Assembly (NCBI GenBank): GCA_951406725.2
Contig: OX597836.1
Coordinates: 14,818,001 to 14,882,000 of the forward strand
Source: Octopus vulgaris
Taxonomy: Eukaryota
Reading direction: 5' to 3'
DNA length: 64,000 nt
Of the stretch, positions 42,813-58,814 are shown piece by piece. The notes under the pieces are model-generated. The model made no database searches, was not told the DNA's origin, and saw only the letters and a program-made list of their open reading frames with translations. The position numbers were made by a program, and so were the translations under genes. The stretch's first letter is position 1; every line of letters starts with the position of its first letter.

Positions 42813-44010
42813 AGAGAGAAGCAGAGAGAAAGCAAGAAGCAAAGAGAGAGAGAGAGAGAAGTGGAAAGAAAGGGTAGCGAGAAAGAGAGAGAGACAAGGA
42901 GAAAGAGACAAAGAGATAGAGAGCGTGAAGTCAGAGGGAGAGAGGCAAGCGAAGTGAGAAAGCGAGAATGTCATTTTAAAGGAGACTTAACTTTTAACGG
43001 GTAATTAACAGATTTTAACTAAAAATTGTAACTGATTTTAATGGAAAACTAAACAAATTTCAACAGAAAGTTAATGGCTTTCAATTGACGGATTGAACGA
43101 GATTACGCTATCATGTTTCTACAGAAAATTGACGGTTTTAATGGGAAAATTACGGATGTTTAAGGAAAGTTAATAGAGAGAATATAGATTATATTCATAA
43201 ATTATTGTTTTTGATGGTATTATACGAGACTGTTTCTTTTTTAAAATGCCACAAAAACATCACCCCATGTTCATTATACAAAGTTGGGTCTCCCATATGT
43301 TAATGTTTGTCCTAGTTGGTCAATAGCATAGGCTGATTTCAATCCGGATATCCTTTCCTATTTATATTCAGCATTGTTCTCTGGTATAGTTTTGTAATGT
43401 ACTGCTAAACTGCTTTCAATATTACATGCTTTAAAGGCGGTGAAATGGCAGAATCGTTAGCATGCCGGACATTTCTGAGTCCCGGGCTGACTTTACCTTT
43501 CATCCTGCTGCGATCGATAAAACAAGTACCAATTGAATACTGAGGAAGGTGAGTCGTGATTATGGTGGTGGTGGTGGTGATAGTGGTGGCAGTGACGGCG
43601 GTAGTTTCGATGGTGGTCGTTCTTGTGCTTGATGTTTTGCTGGCCTTTTATTGTTATTACTGTGCCTTTGTGATGATAGTCGATTGACCGAATCATCAAA
43701 ACGTCGACAAATCGCCCTGCAGTACGTGTTCTTACATTTTACATTCTGAATTGTGAGGTTGCTTGTAAAGTTCACCGAATCGTTAGAGCGTCGGTCAACA
43801 AAATGCCTCACAGTATCTTTTCATCACTTTACGTTCTGAGTTCAAATCCCGCTGAGGTCAACTTTACCTTCCGTCTTGTCAATTCGATAAAAATAAATTA
43901 CTTGTCAAATTGCTGACCTTGTAACCCAAATTAACATAATTATTGTTGTTGTTGTTGTTGCCGTCTTCTTGTTGCTATTTCTACAATTTTTGTTGTTCTT
44001 ACTGCTGCTG

Positions 44011-44076
<66 letters not shown>

Positions 44077-44149
44077 GGGTAACTGCTTTGGTTGTTGGAT
44101 CTGTGAAAGTAATTTTAATGGTTCTGATACCAGTTGTGGTATTGGTAGG

Positions 44150-45190
44150 TTTTATGGTGGTGGTGGTGGTGGTGGTGGTGGTGGTAATGGTGGTTGTGGT
44201 GGTCGTCGTCGTCGTGATACTGAAGGTTTGTGGTAGTGTTGGGGAAGGTGGTGGTGGCAGAATTTAGTGATAGTGATGGGAGCGTTGCTGCTGATGTTGC
44301 TGTTGTTGCTGCTGCTGCTGTTGCTGCTGCTGCTGTCGCCGTTGCTTGTCGTGATGGTGTTTGCGTTGCTGGTATTGGTGCTGGTGTTCGTAGTGGTGGC
44401 GGTACAGATTGGGCTGCTGTAGCTGTTGCTGCTGCTGCTGCTGCTGCTGCTGGTGTTTCGTGGTGTTTTGTAGTGAAGCTGGTGTTGATAAAAGCCGCAA
44501 CTGCGGTGGTAGTAGTGATGGAGGTGGCGGTGGCGTTGGCGATGGCGGTGGCAAATGGCGGTGGCGGTGATGATAGTGGTGGTGGTGGTGATAAGGGCAG
44601 TGGCGACGGTTGCCGCGTTGGTGTTGGTGGTGGTGGTGGTGGTGGTGGTGGTGGTTTAGGTTATGGTGGCGGCGGTGGTGGCGGAGGCGGCGGCGGTGGC
44701 GGCGGAGGTGGCGGCGGAGGTGGCGGCGGAGGTGGCGGCGGAGGTGGCGGCGGAGGTGGCGGCGGAGGTGGCGGAGGCGGCGGAGGCAGCGGAGGCGGCG
44801 GAGGCGGTGGTGGTAGTGGTGGTGGTGTTGGTGGTGGCGGTGGTAGAGATAGTGGAAGTAGAAGTTATGCTGATCGTGGCAGTGATAATAGTGGTGGTGG
44901 TGGCAGTGATAATGGTGTCTGTGGCAGTGATGGTGATAGTGGTGGTGGTGGTGGTGGTGGTGGTGGTGGTGGTGGTGTTGGTGGTGGTGGTGGTAGTGGT
45001 GGTGCTGGTGCTGGTGGTGGTGGTGGTGGTGGTGGTGGTGGTGGTGGTGGTGGTGGTGGTGGTGGTGGTGGTGGTGGTGGTGGTGGTGGTGGTGGTGGTG
45101 GTGGTGGTGGTGTCTGTGGTGGTGGTGGTGGTGGTGGTGGTGGTGGTGGTGGTGGTGGTGGTGGTGGTGGTGGTGATGGTGGTGGCATTC
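44150..45190. repeat. G-rich trinucleotide field (GGT/GGC/GCT)n
   Basis: Long (GGT)n and a 12-bp ggcggaggtggc higher-order repeat. Confidence 0.95.
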
Positions 45191-45564
45191 AGTCGAGAGT
45201 CCGTTCGTTAGTGAAGTCAATTCATTTTGATTGGTTGTGCTGGCCGTTGGCAGCCGACATCGTTGGATCAATGCAAAGATGTTTTGATGGCTTCAAGTGG
45301 TAGGTGGCGCTGCGACTTGTCACTTTCAGCAGCCGATCAGTTTTAAGCTTGTTGAAAAACTTGAGGCTAGGGATGGTGGTGGCGCTGGTGTCGGTGCCAG
45401 CGCTGGTGGTAATGGCGGTAATGTCGGCGATGGCGGGGGTTGTGGATCGCTGATGAAGACGTTCGTAAATATGGCAGTTGAAAGATAACTTGGATGGGAA
45501 AAAGAAAAGATAGAGACGAGAGAGAGAGAGAAATAAATAGCTAGATAGAGATGGTAGATAGATT

Positions 45565-45737
<173 letters not shown>

Positions 45738-46416
45738 GAAACAGAGAGGGAGTCAGGCAGATAGGCGAGAGACAGACAGGCAGTCAGGTGTGGAGACAGG
45801 GAAAGATAGTGGATCTGTGGTAGGGAGGCAGAAAAAAAAAGAAAGACAGGAAGGTTGTGTTATATAGAGGGTCAGCGAGAGAAGTGGGGAGACAGAAAGA
45901 GAGAGAGAAGAGAGAATTCGTGACAGAGAGAATACGTTTCGTAGAGGGACAGAAAGAAAGAAAGAAAGAAAGAAGGAAAGTAAGAAAGAAAGAAAGAAAG
46001 TGAGGTATAGAGAGGGGATTTGATAAAGAATGTTATACAGAGGAGCAGAAAGAGAAAAGTAGAAGAGAAACTGAGGGAGGAGGTAAATAGTGAAGATTCT
46101 TAGTAGAGGGAGAATACTATAGGGAAGGGGAGGAGAAAGAGAGGATGAGAGAGAAAGAAATGTTGGGAGAAAGGCGTAGATGCGATTCGTGAGAGAGACA
46201 GAGACAGGCAGACAGACAAGCTGGCAGACAGGCTCACAGACAGAGACGGACAGAAAGTGGGGAATATAGATGGGGCGGCGGCACAATGCATGAGAAGTGA
46301 AATAGAACCGGATATAGTTAAATATTATGAGAGGAAATTATCAAACGGTTATTGTGATTATTTCAGATGTAGGGATGGAGTTAATATGGCGAATGTACAT
46401 AACATATATATACATA

Positions 46417-46613
46417 GGCGTAGGAGTGGCTGTGTGGTAAGTAGCGTGCTTACCAACCACATGGTTCCGGGTTCAGTCCCACTGCGTGGCACCTTGGGCA
46501 AGTGTCTTCTACTATAGCCTCGGGCAAGTGTCTTCTACTATAGCCTCGGGCCGACCAAAGCCTTGTGAGTGGATTTGGCAGACGGAAACTGAAAGAAGCC
46601 CGTCGTATATATG

Positions 46614-46707
<94 letters not shown>

Positions 46708-46895
46708 TGTGCCTGTGTTTGTGCCCCCAACATCGCTTGACAACGTCCCCGTAACTTAGCGGTTCGGCAAAAGAGATCGATGGAATAAGTACAAGTCTTA
46801 CAAAGAATAACTCCAGGGGTCGATTTGCTCGACTAAAGGCGGTGCTCCAGCATGGCCGCATTCAAATGACTGAAACAAGTAAAAGAGTAAAAGAG
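46417..46895 (+). mobile_element. SINE family A with an internal tandem duplication
   Basis: gggcaagtgtcttctactatagcctc repeated twice; otherwise matches family A. Confidence 0.9.
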
Positions 46896-46927
46896 TATGT
46901 ATAGATGGATACATATACATACATGTA

Positions 46928-47432
46928 GCCGCAGGCGTCGCTGTGTAGTAAGAAGCTTGCTTTCCAACCACATGTTTCTGAGTTCGGTCCCACTGCTGGG
47001 TACCTTGGGCAAGCGTCTTTTACTATAGCCGCGGGCGGACCAAAACCTTGTAAGTGGATTTCGAAGATGGAAACTGAAAGAAGACTGTCGTATGTGTGTA
47101 TGTCTGAGTGTGTGTGTGTCTGCGTGTGTATGTGTCTGCGTGTGTGTGTGTCTGCGTTTGTGTGTGTGTGTGTGCGTGTGTGTGTCTGCGCGTGTGTGTG
47201 GGTGTATGTATGTGTGTGGTGTTCATGTCTGTATTTGTCGCCATATACATACACACATACACCACTTGACAGCTGTGATGATTTGTTACGTCCCCTTAAC
47301 TTAGCGGTTCGGTAAAAGAGAACGATAGAATAAGTAGCGGGCTTTAAAAACAATCAAGCACAGGTGTCGGTTTATTCAACTAAAAATTGTTCTTGGTGGT
47401 GCCCCAGGATGGCCGCATTCTAATGACTGAAT
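46928..47432 (+). mobile_element. SINE family A, older diverged copy
   Basis: Same motif order with more substitutions and an expanded internal (TG)n. Confidence 0.8.
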
Positions 47433-47679
47433 ACATAAATACATACATGCATACGTACATACATACATGCATGTATGCATACATACATACATGCATACAT
47501 ACATACATACATACATACATACATACATACATACATACATACATACATACATACATGCATACATACATACATACGTACATACATACATACATACATGCAT
47601 GTATGCATACATACATACATACATGCATACATACATACATGCATACATACATACATACATACATACATACATACATACA

Positions 47680-47710
<31 letters not shown>

Positions 47711-47735
47711 GTACACACACACACATATATACATA

Positions 47736-48236
47736 TGAGGTCTGTTTAAGTACCCGGACTGTTGCCATAGTAACGGAACTAAAACACGCAGAGTAAAGCT
47801 GCTTGGCAAAGATTGACCTTAAACTTTACTGTGCATGTGCACAAAGTTTTAACGTTCTAGCTTACTTCCGCTGTTTACAGCAGTGCTTGGAAGGAAGGTG
47901 TGTAGCGTGTGTTAGTCGCATTGACCACAACAGAGAAAGTTGTCATGGCGATACCTGCTCAGGGGCCTACGCAAAGTTGCAGAAAGTGTATGGAGAGGAG
48001 TGTATGATCTTCACACAAGTGTATGAGTGGTTCAGACGTTTCCAAGATGGCCGAAAAATGTTGATATTGACGAATGTCTGGGAGACCCGCAACCAGCAGA
48101 ACTGAGAAAAACATCGCAAGTGTGCATGCAGCTGTGTGACGGCGTTAATCGTCGAATCCCCATCCGTGAGTTATCAGAGGATGGGAAAAATTATTTACGG
48201 GTCAGTTCAGTCCATTATCACCTAAGATTTGAGTAT
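47736..48236 (+). mobile_element. Mariner transposon 5' part, degenerate
   Basis: TA|tgaggtctgtttaagtacccggact TIR; GDTCSGAYAKLQKVYGEECMIFTQVYEWFRRFQDGRK (mariner HTH). Confidence 0.9.
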
Positions 48237-48623
48237 GATGATGGTAGTGGCAGTGATGGTGGTAGTGGTGGTAGTGATGGTGGTGGTGGTGGTGGTGGTG
48301 GTGGTGGTAGTGATAGTAGTGGTACTAGTGGTGGTGTTGGTGTTGGTGGTGTGGCGTTGAGGGAGTGTCGCGGTGTTGCTGCTAGAGTGAGTGTTCTTGC
48401 CCTTGTTCAACTCTCAGGTTAGCCCTGATCTAGCAGATCAATGGTCAAAGACATTGCAACCGTGACCATCACGCCTTTTCTCTATGTGCAGCCAGCCCCG
48501 AGGTTAAATTATCATGTTTCTTCTTTTCTAAGATAGTAAGGCGAGCGATTTGAGAGAAATTTGGTTGTTATTTCTAACTAGCTCTCTTGACCACCCAGAT
48601 GCAAACGTATGTTGGTCGCAGTG
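48236..48623. repeat. Inverted duplicate of 52349-52721
   Basis: High-identity reverse complement that includes unique sequence (ggcgttgagggagtgtcgcggtgttgctgctagagtgag) and the adjacent repeat pattern. Confidence 0.92.
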
Positions 48624-48789
48624 CCAAGTTTGTGTCAAAACTGCTTTCAGCTGACCAAAAAAAAAAAACACTCGGGTTTCAGTTGCACGAGATCTTCCTG
48701 ATTGTGATGATAGTCGATTGACCGAATCGTCAAAACGTCGACAAATCGCCCTGCAGTACGTTCTTCTTACATTTTACGAGATCTTCCTG

Positions 48790-49034
48790 AAAACTTTGCG
48801 TAGGCCTCTGAGCAGGTGTTGCCAAGCCTTGGGCAAAATTTGATGCAGATTCTCTGCTCAACTTTCTCTGTCGTGATCAACGAGAAGATCGCACAACGGA
48901 AGTGAGCTAGAACGTTAAAACACAGTGCGCATGCGCAGCAGAGTTCAAGGTTAATCTGCACCTAGCGGGTTCACTCTGCGTGCTTTAGCTTCTTTACTAC
49001 GGAAACAGTCCGGATACTTATTGATCATACCATG
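48790..49034 (-). mobile_element. Mariner transposon 5' part, same family as the 47736 copy, opposite orientation
   Basis: TEKVEQRICIKFCPRLGNTCSEAYAK; TIR-like catggtatgatcaataagtatccggact after TA. Confidence 0.88.
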
Positions 49035-49311
49035 TACATACATGCATGCGCACATACATACGTACACACATACACACACACACACATACACACATACACA
49101 CACAAATACATACATACATGCATACATACATACATTCATACATACATACATACATGCATGCATACATACATACATACATACATGCATGCATACATACATA
49201 CACACACACACATACATACATACACACACACACATACATACATACATACATACATACATACATACATACATACATACATACATACATACATACATACATA
49301 CATACATACAT

Positions 49312-49344
<33 letters not shown>

Positions 49345-49377
49345 TACATACATACATACATACATACATACATACAT

Positions 49378-49410
<33 letters not shown>

Positions 49411-49563
49411 TACATACATACATACATACATACATACATACATAGCTACATACATACATACATACATACATACATACATACATACATACATACATACATA
49501 CATACATACATACATACATACATGTGGCGGCGGAGATATTTAATAACAGTTTGACCTAGTCTC

Positions 49564-49615
49564 ACATGACTTAAAGTTTCGTGTGCGCGTAGGCCCTGTC
49601 CATCTCATCAGATGT
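49564..49615 (-). ncRNA. Minimal type I hammerhead ribozyme motif
   Basis: Minus strand: ACAU-CUGAUGA-G(auggacagggccuacgcgcaca)C-GAAAC-uuuaa-GUC-AUGU. Canonical core, stem I ACAU/AUGU, GUC cleavage triplet, weak stem II. Confidence 0.6.
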
Positions 49616-50075
49616 TCTGAAGCAGAATCCGAATCGGAGATGAATAGATAGCCAGTCTACGACTTTTCATTATACTAGCTTACATTTCATATTTGAATTT
49701 ATTCTTACGAATGCACCGTCCGGATATTCCAGTACATATTTAACAAAGTATGTGCATACAAGTCGCGGACTGGCGGTCTACTCACCTCCGATTCGGCTTG
49801 GGTACATGATGTTGATAAGCCACAAAAATGGCGGAATATCAGTATCCATCATTTGTGAATGGAATTTGGAGTGAATTGTCTCATCTGTCTATGACCTTCA
49901 GGTGTTTAAACACCCGGCACTTTGAGAGAGTAATCTCCACCAAGCCAAGTCGCAACCTATCGGCAAATACACACAGGACAGGTTTTATGTGTGGTCGATA
50001 ATGTTTATCACACAAGCGCTGCTGCCATTTCATATTTGAATGTATACACACACATATATAAATAGGGAAAGAGAG

Positions 50076-50146
<71 letters not shown>

Positions 50147-50181
50147 AAGATAGATAGGTAGATAGGTAGATAGATAGATAT

Positions 50182-51739
<1,558 letters not shown>

Positions 51740-51830
51740 TATAGATAGATAGATAGATAGATAGATATATAGATAGATAGATAGATAGATGCAGTCTATC
51801 AGCCTACTTATATGTATATAATGTGCAGAT

Positions 51831-52250
51831 AGGTGTAGGAGTGGCTGTGTGGTAAGTAGTTTGCTTACCAACCACATGGCTCCGGGTTCAGTCCTACTGC
51901 GTAGTACATTGGGCAAATGTCTTCTACTATAGCCTTGGGCCGTCGTATACATATGTGTGTGTGTGTATACATATATATATGTATGTGTGTATATGCGTAT
52001 ATATGTGTATATATGTATATATGTATGTATCTGTATGTCTGTGTTTGTCCTACTATCGCTTGTCAACCGATGTTGGTGTCTTTACGTCCCCGTAACTTTG
52101 TGGTTGGGCAAAAGGGAACCGATAGAATAAGTACTAGGCTTACAAAGAATAAGTCCTGGGATCGATCTGTTCATCTAAGAACCCTTAAGGTGGTGCTCCA
52201 GCATGGCCACAGTCAAATGGCTGCAACACGTAAAGGAAAGAAAGAATAAA
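51831..52250 (+). mobile_element. SINE family A with internal deletion
   Basis: Head and tail match family A. Confidence 0.85.
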
Positions 52251-53321
52251 GACACATACATGTGTGTGTGTGTGTGTGTGTGTGCATAATTATGTATGTC
52301 TGAATACCAACAACACCAACAACAGCAACAACAACATCACTCTACTGACACTGCGACCAACATACGTTTGCATCTGGGTGGTCAAGAGATCTAGCCAGAA
52401 ATAACAGCCAAATTTCTCTCAAATCGCTCGCCTTACTATCTTAGAAAAGAAGAAACAGGATAATATAACCTCGGGGCTGGTTGCACATAGAGAAAAGGCG
52501 TGATGGTCACGGCTGCAATGTCTTTGCCCATTGATCTGCTAGATCAGGGCTAACCTGAGAGTTGAACAAGGGCAAGAACACTCACTCTAGCAGCAACACC
52601 GCGACACTCCCTCAACGCCACAACACCAACACCAACACCACCACTAGCACCACTACTATCACTACCACCACCACCACCATCACTACCACCACTACCACCA
52701 TCACTGCCACTACCATCATCACTACCACTACCACCACCACCACTACTACCACCATCGCCACCACTACTACTACCACCATCACCATCGCTATCACTACCAA
52801 CACTACCACCATCATTACCACCACTACCACTACCACCACCACCATCACCGCCACCACCACCATCATCACTACCACTACCACTAATACTACTACCACCATC
52901 ACCACCGCTATCACTACCACCACTACCACTACCATCACCACCACCACCATCACCGCCGCCACCACCATCACCGCCACCACTACCACTAATACTACTACAA
53001 CCATCACCACAGCTATGACTACCACCACTACCACCACCACTACCACCACTACCACTTCCACCACTACCACCACCATCACTGCCGCCACCACCATCATCAC
53101 TACCACTACCACCATCACCTCCGCTACCGCTACCACCATTGCTAGCACCACTACCACTGTCAGCACTACCACCACCACCACCACCACCACCACTTCCACC
53201 ACCGATACTACTACGACGGTCACTGTATATTTTGCTCACGGCCAGATTTGATCTTTTTCAAGTGTTATTGTTCTGGAAGTATAACATCTGATATTGATAA
53301 CTGTTTGGGATTGGACAAACA

Positions 53322-53375
<54 letters not shown>

Positions 53376-53877
53376 TACATATACATACATATAATACATA
53401 CATACACATACGTATATGTACAAACATGTACATGGATACATAAATACATACAACCATTACATAGACACACAGACACACACATATATATATATAAACATAT
53501 ATAATACATACACGTTTATATGTAGATATATGTACATAGATAAAGTAATATATACATACATACAACCAGATAGACAAACACATACACACATACAGTCATA
53601 CATACATAGATACATACATACAGTTATACATACATACATACATACATGCATACATACATGCATACATACATACATGCATACATACATACATACATACATA
53701 CATACAACCAGATAGACAGACACATGAATACATACATACATACATACATATATACATACATAATACATAGATACATACAACCAGACAGACAGACACATAC
53801 ATACATACATACATACATACATACACACATACATACATACATACATTCATTCATACATACATGCATACATACATACA

Positions 53878-53909
<32 letters not shown>

Positions 53910-53915
53910 CATTCA

Positions 53916-53955
<40 letters not shown>

Positions 53956-54496
53956 AAATTCTACCGGTCTACCTTTATAATATGAACATACATTTTATAC
54001 AGACGTACATTACACATAACACTCTCTTTCTCTCTCTCCCTCTCTCTTTCTTTCTCTCTCTCTCTCTCTCTCACCCTTTCCCTTTTCCTATCTTTCTCCT
54101 TCTCTCTCATTTTATGAATTGTCTCTCTTTGTATGCGTTTTATATATACAGGTTTTTCGGGATAAATTTGACGATTATCTATGACTCCTTTTTCTCAGAA
54201 ACAGCTTGATGTATCGGTGAGCAGTCGACGGCGTTGGAGAGCATAAAGATTGAAGCTGTAGCTGAGAAAAAGTTAGCTGAAATGGAGGACTGGAAATCGT
54301 CTGAATATTGGAGAAAGTGCTACCCGTATCATAATGATTTGTACCGGGTATCATGACTACTGCTCACTGCTCTGTGAACACTGTAAATCCTGGAAGATGT
54401 GACATGGACTGCTGCAACAGAGACTACGAAGAAACACTGAGTTACGGGGGACGTAAACGCACCAGCACCGGTTGTCAAGCGGTTGTTGGAGACAAA

Positions 54497-54727
54497 GGCG
54501 GCGAGCTGGCAGAAACGTTAGCACGCCGGGCGAAATGCTCAGCGGTATTTCGTTTGCCATTACGTTGTGAGTTCAAATCCCGCCGAGGTCGACTTTGCCT
54601 TTCATCCTTTCGGGGTCGATAAATTAAGTACCAGTTACGCACTGGGGTCGATGTAATCGACTTAATACCTATGTCTGTCCTTGTTTGTCCCCTCTATGTT
54701 TAGCCCCTTGTGGGTAATAAAGAAATA
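54497..54727 (+). mobile_element. SINE family B, full length, with 16-bp TSD, nested in a degenerate minus-strand family A copy
   Basis: ggttgttggagacaaa at 54481-54496 and 54728-54743. Element ggcggcgagctggcagaaacgttagc...gagttcaaatccc...gcctttcatcctttcggggtcgataaa...taaagaaata. Confidence 0.95.
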
Positions 54728-54889
54728 GGTTGTTGGAGACAAACAGAGACATACACACACACATGTGCACACATACAGACGCGGACACGCGGACACACAG
54801 ACACACACATATTCAATTACGAATTAAAAGCAGCGCGTGTGTTGTAAACACTATCAACCACGCATGAAAAACCGGGACGATCAAATTCT

Positions 54890-55445
54890 TTTCTACTCTA
54901 GGCACAAGGCCCGAAATTTTTGAGGAGGGGTGAGGGGCAATCGATTAGATCGACCCCAGTACACAACTGGTACTTAATTTATCTACCCCCGAAAGGATGA
55001 AAGGCAAAGTCAACCTCGGCGGAATTTGAACTCAGAACGTAACGGCAGACGAAATATCTATCTCTTTACTACCCACAAGGGGTTAAACACAGAGGGGACA
55101 AACAAGGACAGACAAATGGATCGAGTCGATTACATCGACCCCAGTGCGTAACTGGTACTTAATTTATCGACCCCGAAAGGATGAAAGGCAAAGTCAACCT
55201 CGGCGGAATTTGAACTCAGAACGTAACGGCAGACGAAATACCTATTTCTTTACTGCCCACAAGGGGCTAAACACAGAGGGGACAAACAAGGACAGAGAAA
55301 GGGATTGAGTGGATTACATCGACCCCAGTGCGTAACTGGTGCTTAATTTATCGACCCGGAAAGGATGAAAGGCAAAGTCAACCTCGGCGGAATTTGAACT
55401 CAGAACACAAAGACAGACGAACGAAACATCGCTAAGCATTTCCTT
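54890..55445 (-). mobile_element. SINE family B tandem array (3 units)
   Basis: Junctions at 55051 and 55235 (period 184). The leftmost unit has a different tail (ttctactctaggcacaaggcccgaaatttt). Confidence 0.9.
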
Positions 55446-55537
55446 GGCTTCAGCATTACGCAGAGAGACGAGTCAAGGGAGGTAACTTCAGCAAACCATA
55501 GCACACACGCATCATACACGTTCTTGCTTACTTTCAC

Positions 55538-55594
<57 letters not shown>

Positions 55595-55733
55595 CCTCTT
55601 TCTCTCTCCCTCTTTCTCTCTTTCTCTCTCTACTCTCTCTCTCCCTCTCTCCCTCTCTCTCTCCCTCTCTCTCTCCCTCTCTGTTTCTCTCTTTCTCCCT
55701 CTCACTCTCTCGCTTTCTCTCTCTCTCCCTCTT

Positions 55734-55771
<38 letters not shown>

Positions 55772-55944
55772 CCTCTTTTTCTCTCTGTCCCTCTCTCTCT
55801 CGCTTTCTCTCTCTCTCTCTTCTCTCTATCCCGCTCTCTCTCTCTTTCTCTTTCTCTCTCTCCCTCTTTCTCTCTCTCCCTCTTTCTCTCTCTGTTCCTC
55901 TCTCTCTCCCTCTTTTTCTCTCTGTCCCTCTCTCTCTCCCTCTT

Positions 55945-55976
<32 letters not shown>

Positions 55977-56480
55977 ATTCTTATATGTGTGTGTGTGTGT
56001 GTGTGTGCGTTTGCATGTACGTGTGTACATATGTAAGTATGTATATACGTATGACTGTATGTATGCGTATCTCCCTAACTCTACATACCAATCTTTTATC
56101 TTTTACCTGTTTCAGTCATTGGACTGCGGCCATGCTGGGGCAACAGTAAAAGAATTTTTCGTCGAACAAATCGACCTCAATACTTGTTTCTTTGAGGGTA
56201 TTTTAAGCCTGGTGCTTATTCCATAAGAGTCTTTTGCCGGAGGCGTTAAGTTACAGGGACGTAAACACACCAGCACCGATTGTCAAACGGTGGCGGGCGA
56301 CAAACACGGACACAAAGATACACACACAAACAATCACCCCACTGGCTAGCCGAGCAGGCCACCATTCCTCCCTGGTCTAAAGGGGGACTTGAACAACGTA
56401 AAATGAAGTGTTTTGGTCAACCAGGGAATCGAACCTACGACCTAGCGATCGTGAGTGCAATGACCTGACCATTAGGTCAC

Positions 56481-56531
<51 letters not shown>

Positions 56532-56538
56532 TAGATAT

Positions 56539-56605
<67 letters not shown>

Positions 56606-56606
<1 letters not shown>

Positions 56607-56759
56607 GTGGCTGTGTGGTAAGTAGCTTGCTTACCAACCACATGGTTCCGGGTTCATTCCCACCGCGTAGCACCTTGGTCATGTGTCCTCTTTTATATCC
56701 TCGGACCGACCAAAGCCTTGTGAGTGGATCTGGTACACAGAAACTGAAAGAACCCTATC

Positions 56760-56845
<86 letters not shown>

Positions 56846-56854
56846 GTATATATG

Positions 56855-56888
<34 letters not shown>

Positions 56889-57190
56889 TGTATGTATGTG
56901 TGTATGTATGTATGTATGTATGTATGTATGTATGTATGTATGTATATATGTGTATGTATGTATGCGTGTGTATATGCCCGTGTGTCTGTGTTTGTCCCCC
57001 CAACACCGTTTGACATCCGATGGTGGTTTGTTTACGACCCCGTAACTTAGCGGTTCGACGAAAGAGACAGATAGAATAAGTAATAGGCTCACAAAGAATA
57101 AGTCCTGTGGTCGATATGCTCGACTAAAGATGGTGCTCCAGCATGGCCGCAGTCAAATGACTGCAACAAGTAAAAGAGAGTAAAAGAAAA
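56606..57190 (+). mobile_element. SINE family A with expanded internal microsatellite
   Basis: Head and tail match family A. Confidence 0.88.
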
Positions 57191-57192
57191 GA

Positions 57193-57824
<632 letters not shown>

Positions 57825-57831
57825 TAGATAT

Positions 57832-57875
<44 letters not shown>

Positions 57876-57908
57876 GCAGGCAGACAGATAGATAGATATA
57901 TAGATAGG

Positions 57909-57944
<36 letters not shown>

Positions 57945-57957
57945 TAGACAGACATGC

Positions 57958-58032
<75 letters not shown>

Positions 58033-58396
58033 CTTTATCAGTAATTTTTACAATAATAACTATTTCTCTTTAAAATCTCTCCAGTTCAAAACCCTTCTGT
58101 TCAAAAACAAAATAAATAAATAAATATTTCGCTCATTCAATTCTGCTGAATCAAAACGTTGACTGTTGAACAGCAATAATTTGACAGAAGGGAGGCAACT
58201 AGTATAAATCACAAAAATAAAATTGTTCTGGTTATCTCCCATCCTCCATTTGTTAAATTGGATATTGTTTTGTTTTTTTTCCGACGGTACACGATCCGTT
58301 CGTTGCTGGATTCGGTAACTTTGTGACTTTGTAATTCTACAGTTACGTGACCAGTGAGAAATACCAACCAGATTTTCCTCGTGAGCACACACACAC

Positions 58397-58462
<66 letters not shown>

Positions 58463-58814
58463 ATGTGCGTGTGTTTGGAGGTGTTGTTGTTCTTGTTGTT
58501 GTTGTTGTTATTGGTGTTGTTATTGGTGTTGTTGAATGTTGTTGTTGTTGTTGCTATTGCTATTGTTGACTGTTGTTGTTATTGGTGTTGTTGTTGTTGT
58601 CGTCGTCGTCGTCGTCGTCACTGCCGTTGCAGCTGCGTGCATTTTTTTGCAGGTGATGTATTCGTCATATCAATATGACGGAATTCTATTGCTTTGAGTA
58701 GATAAATTTATTTTAAATCCAAATTGCCGGCCATTAAATATGTCATTTCCGAGACCAGGACTATATTGAGAGTAAAAACTGGGTCGACAGAACGCTGTTA
58801 ATAATGGATTATTA

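Noticed and set aside
44230-45303. 357-aa Gly/Ala-rich ORF resembling a structural protein
   Set aside because: (GGT/GCT)n field open in multiple frames with no ATG start; cannot be supported as coding without transcript data.
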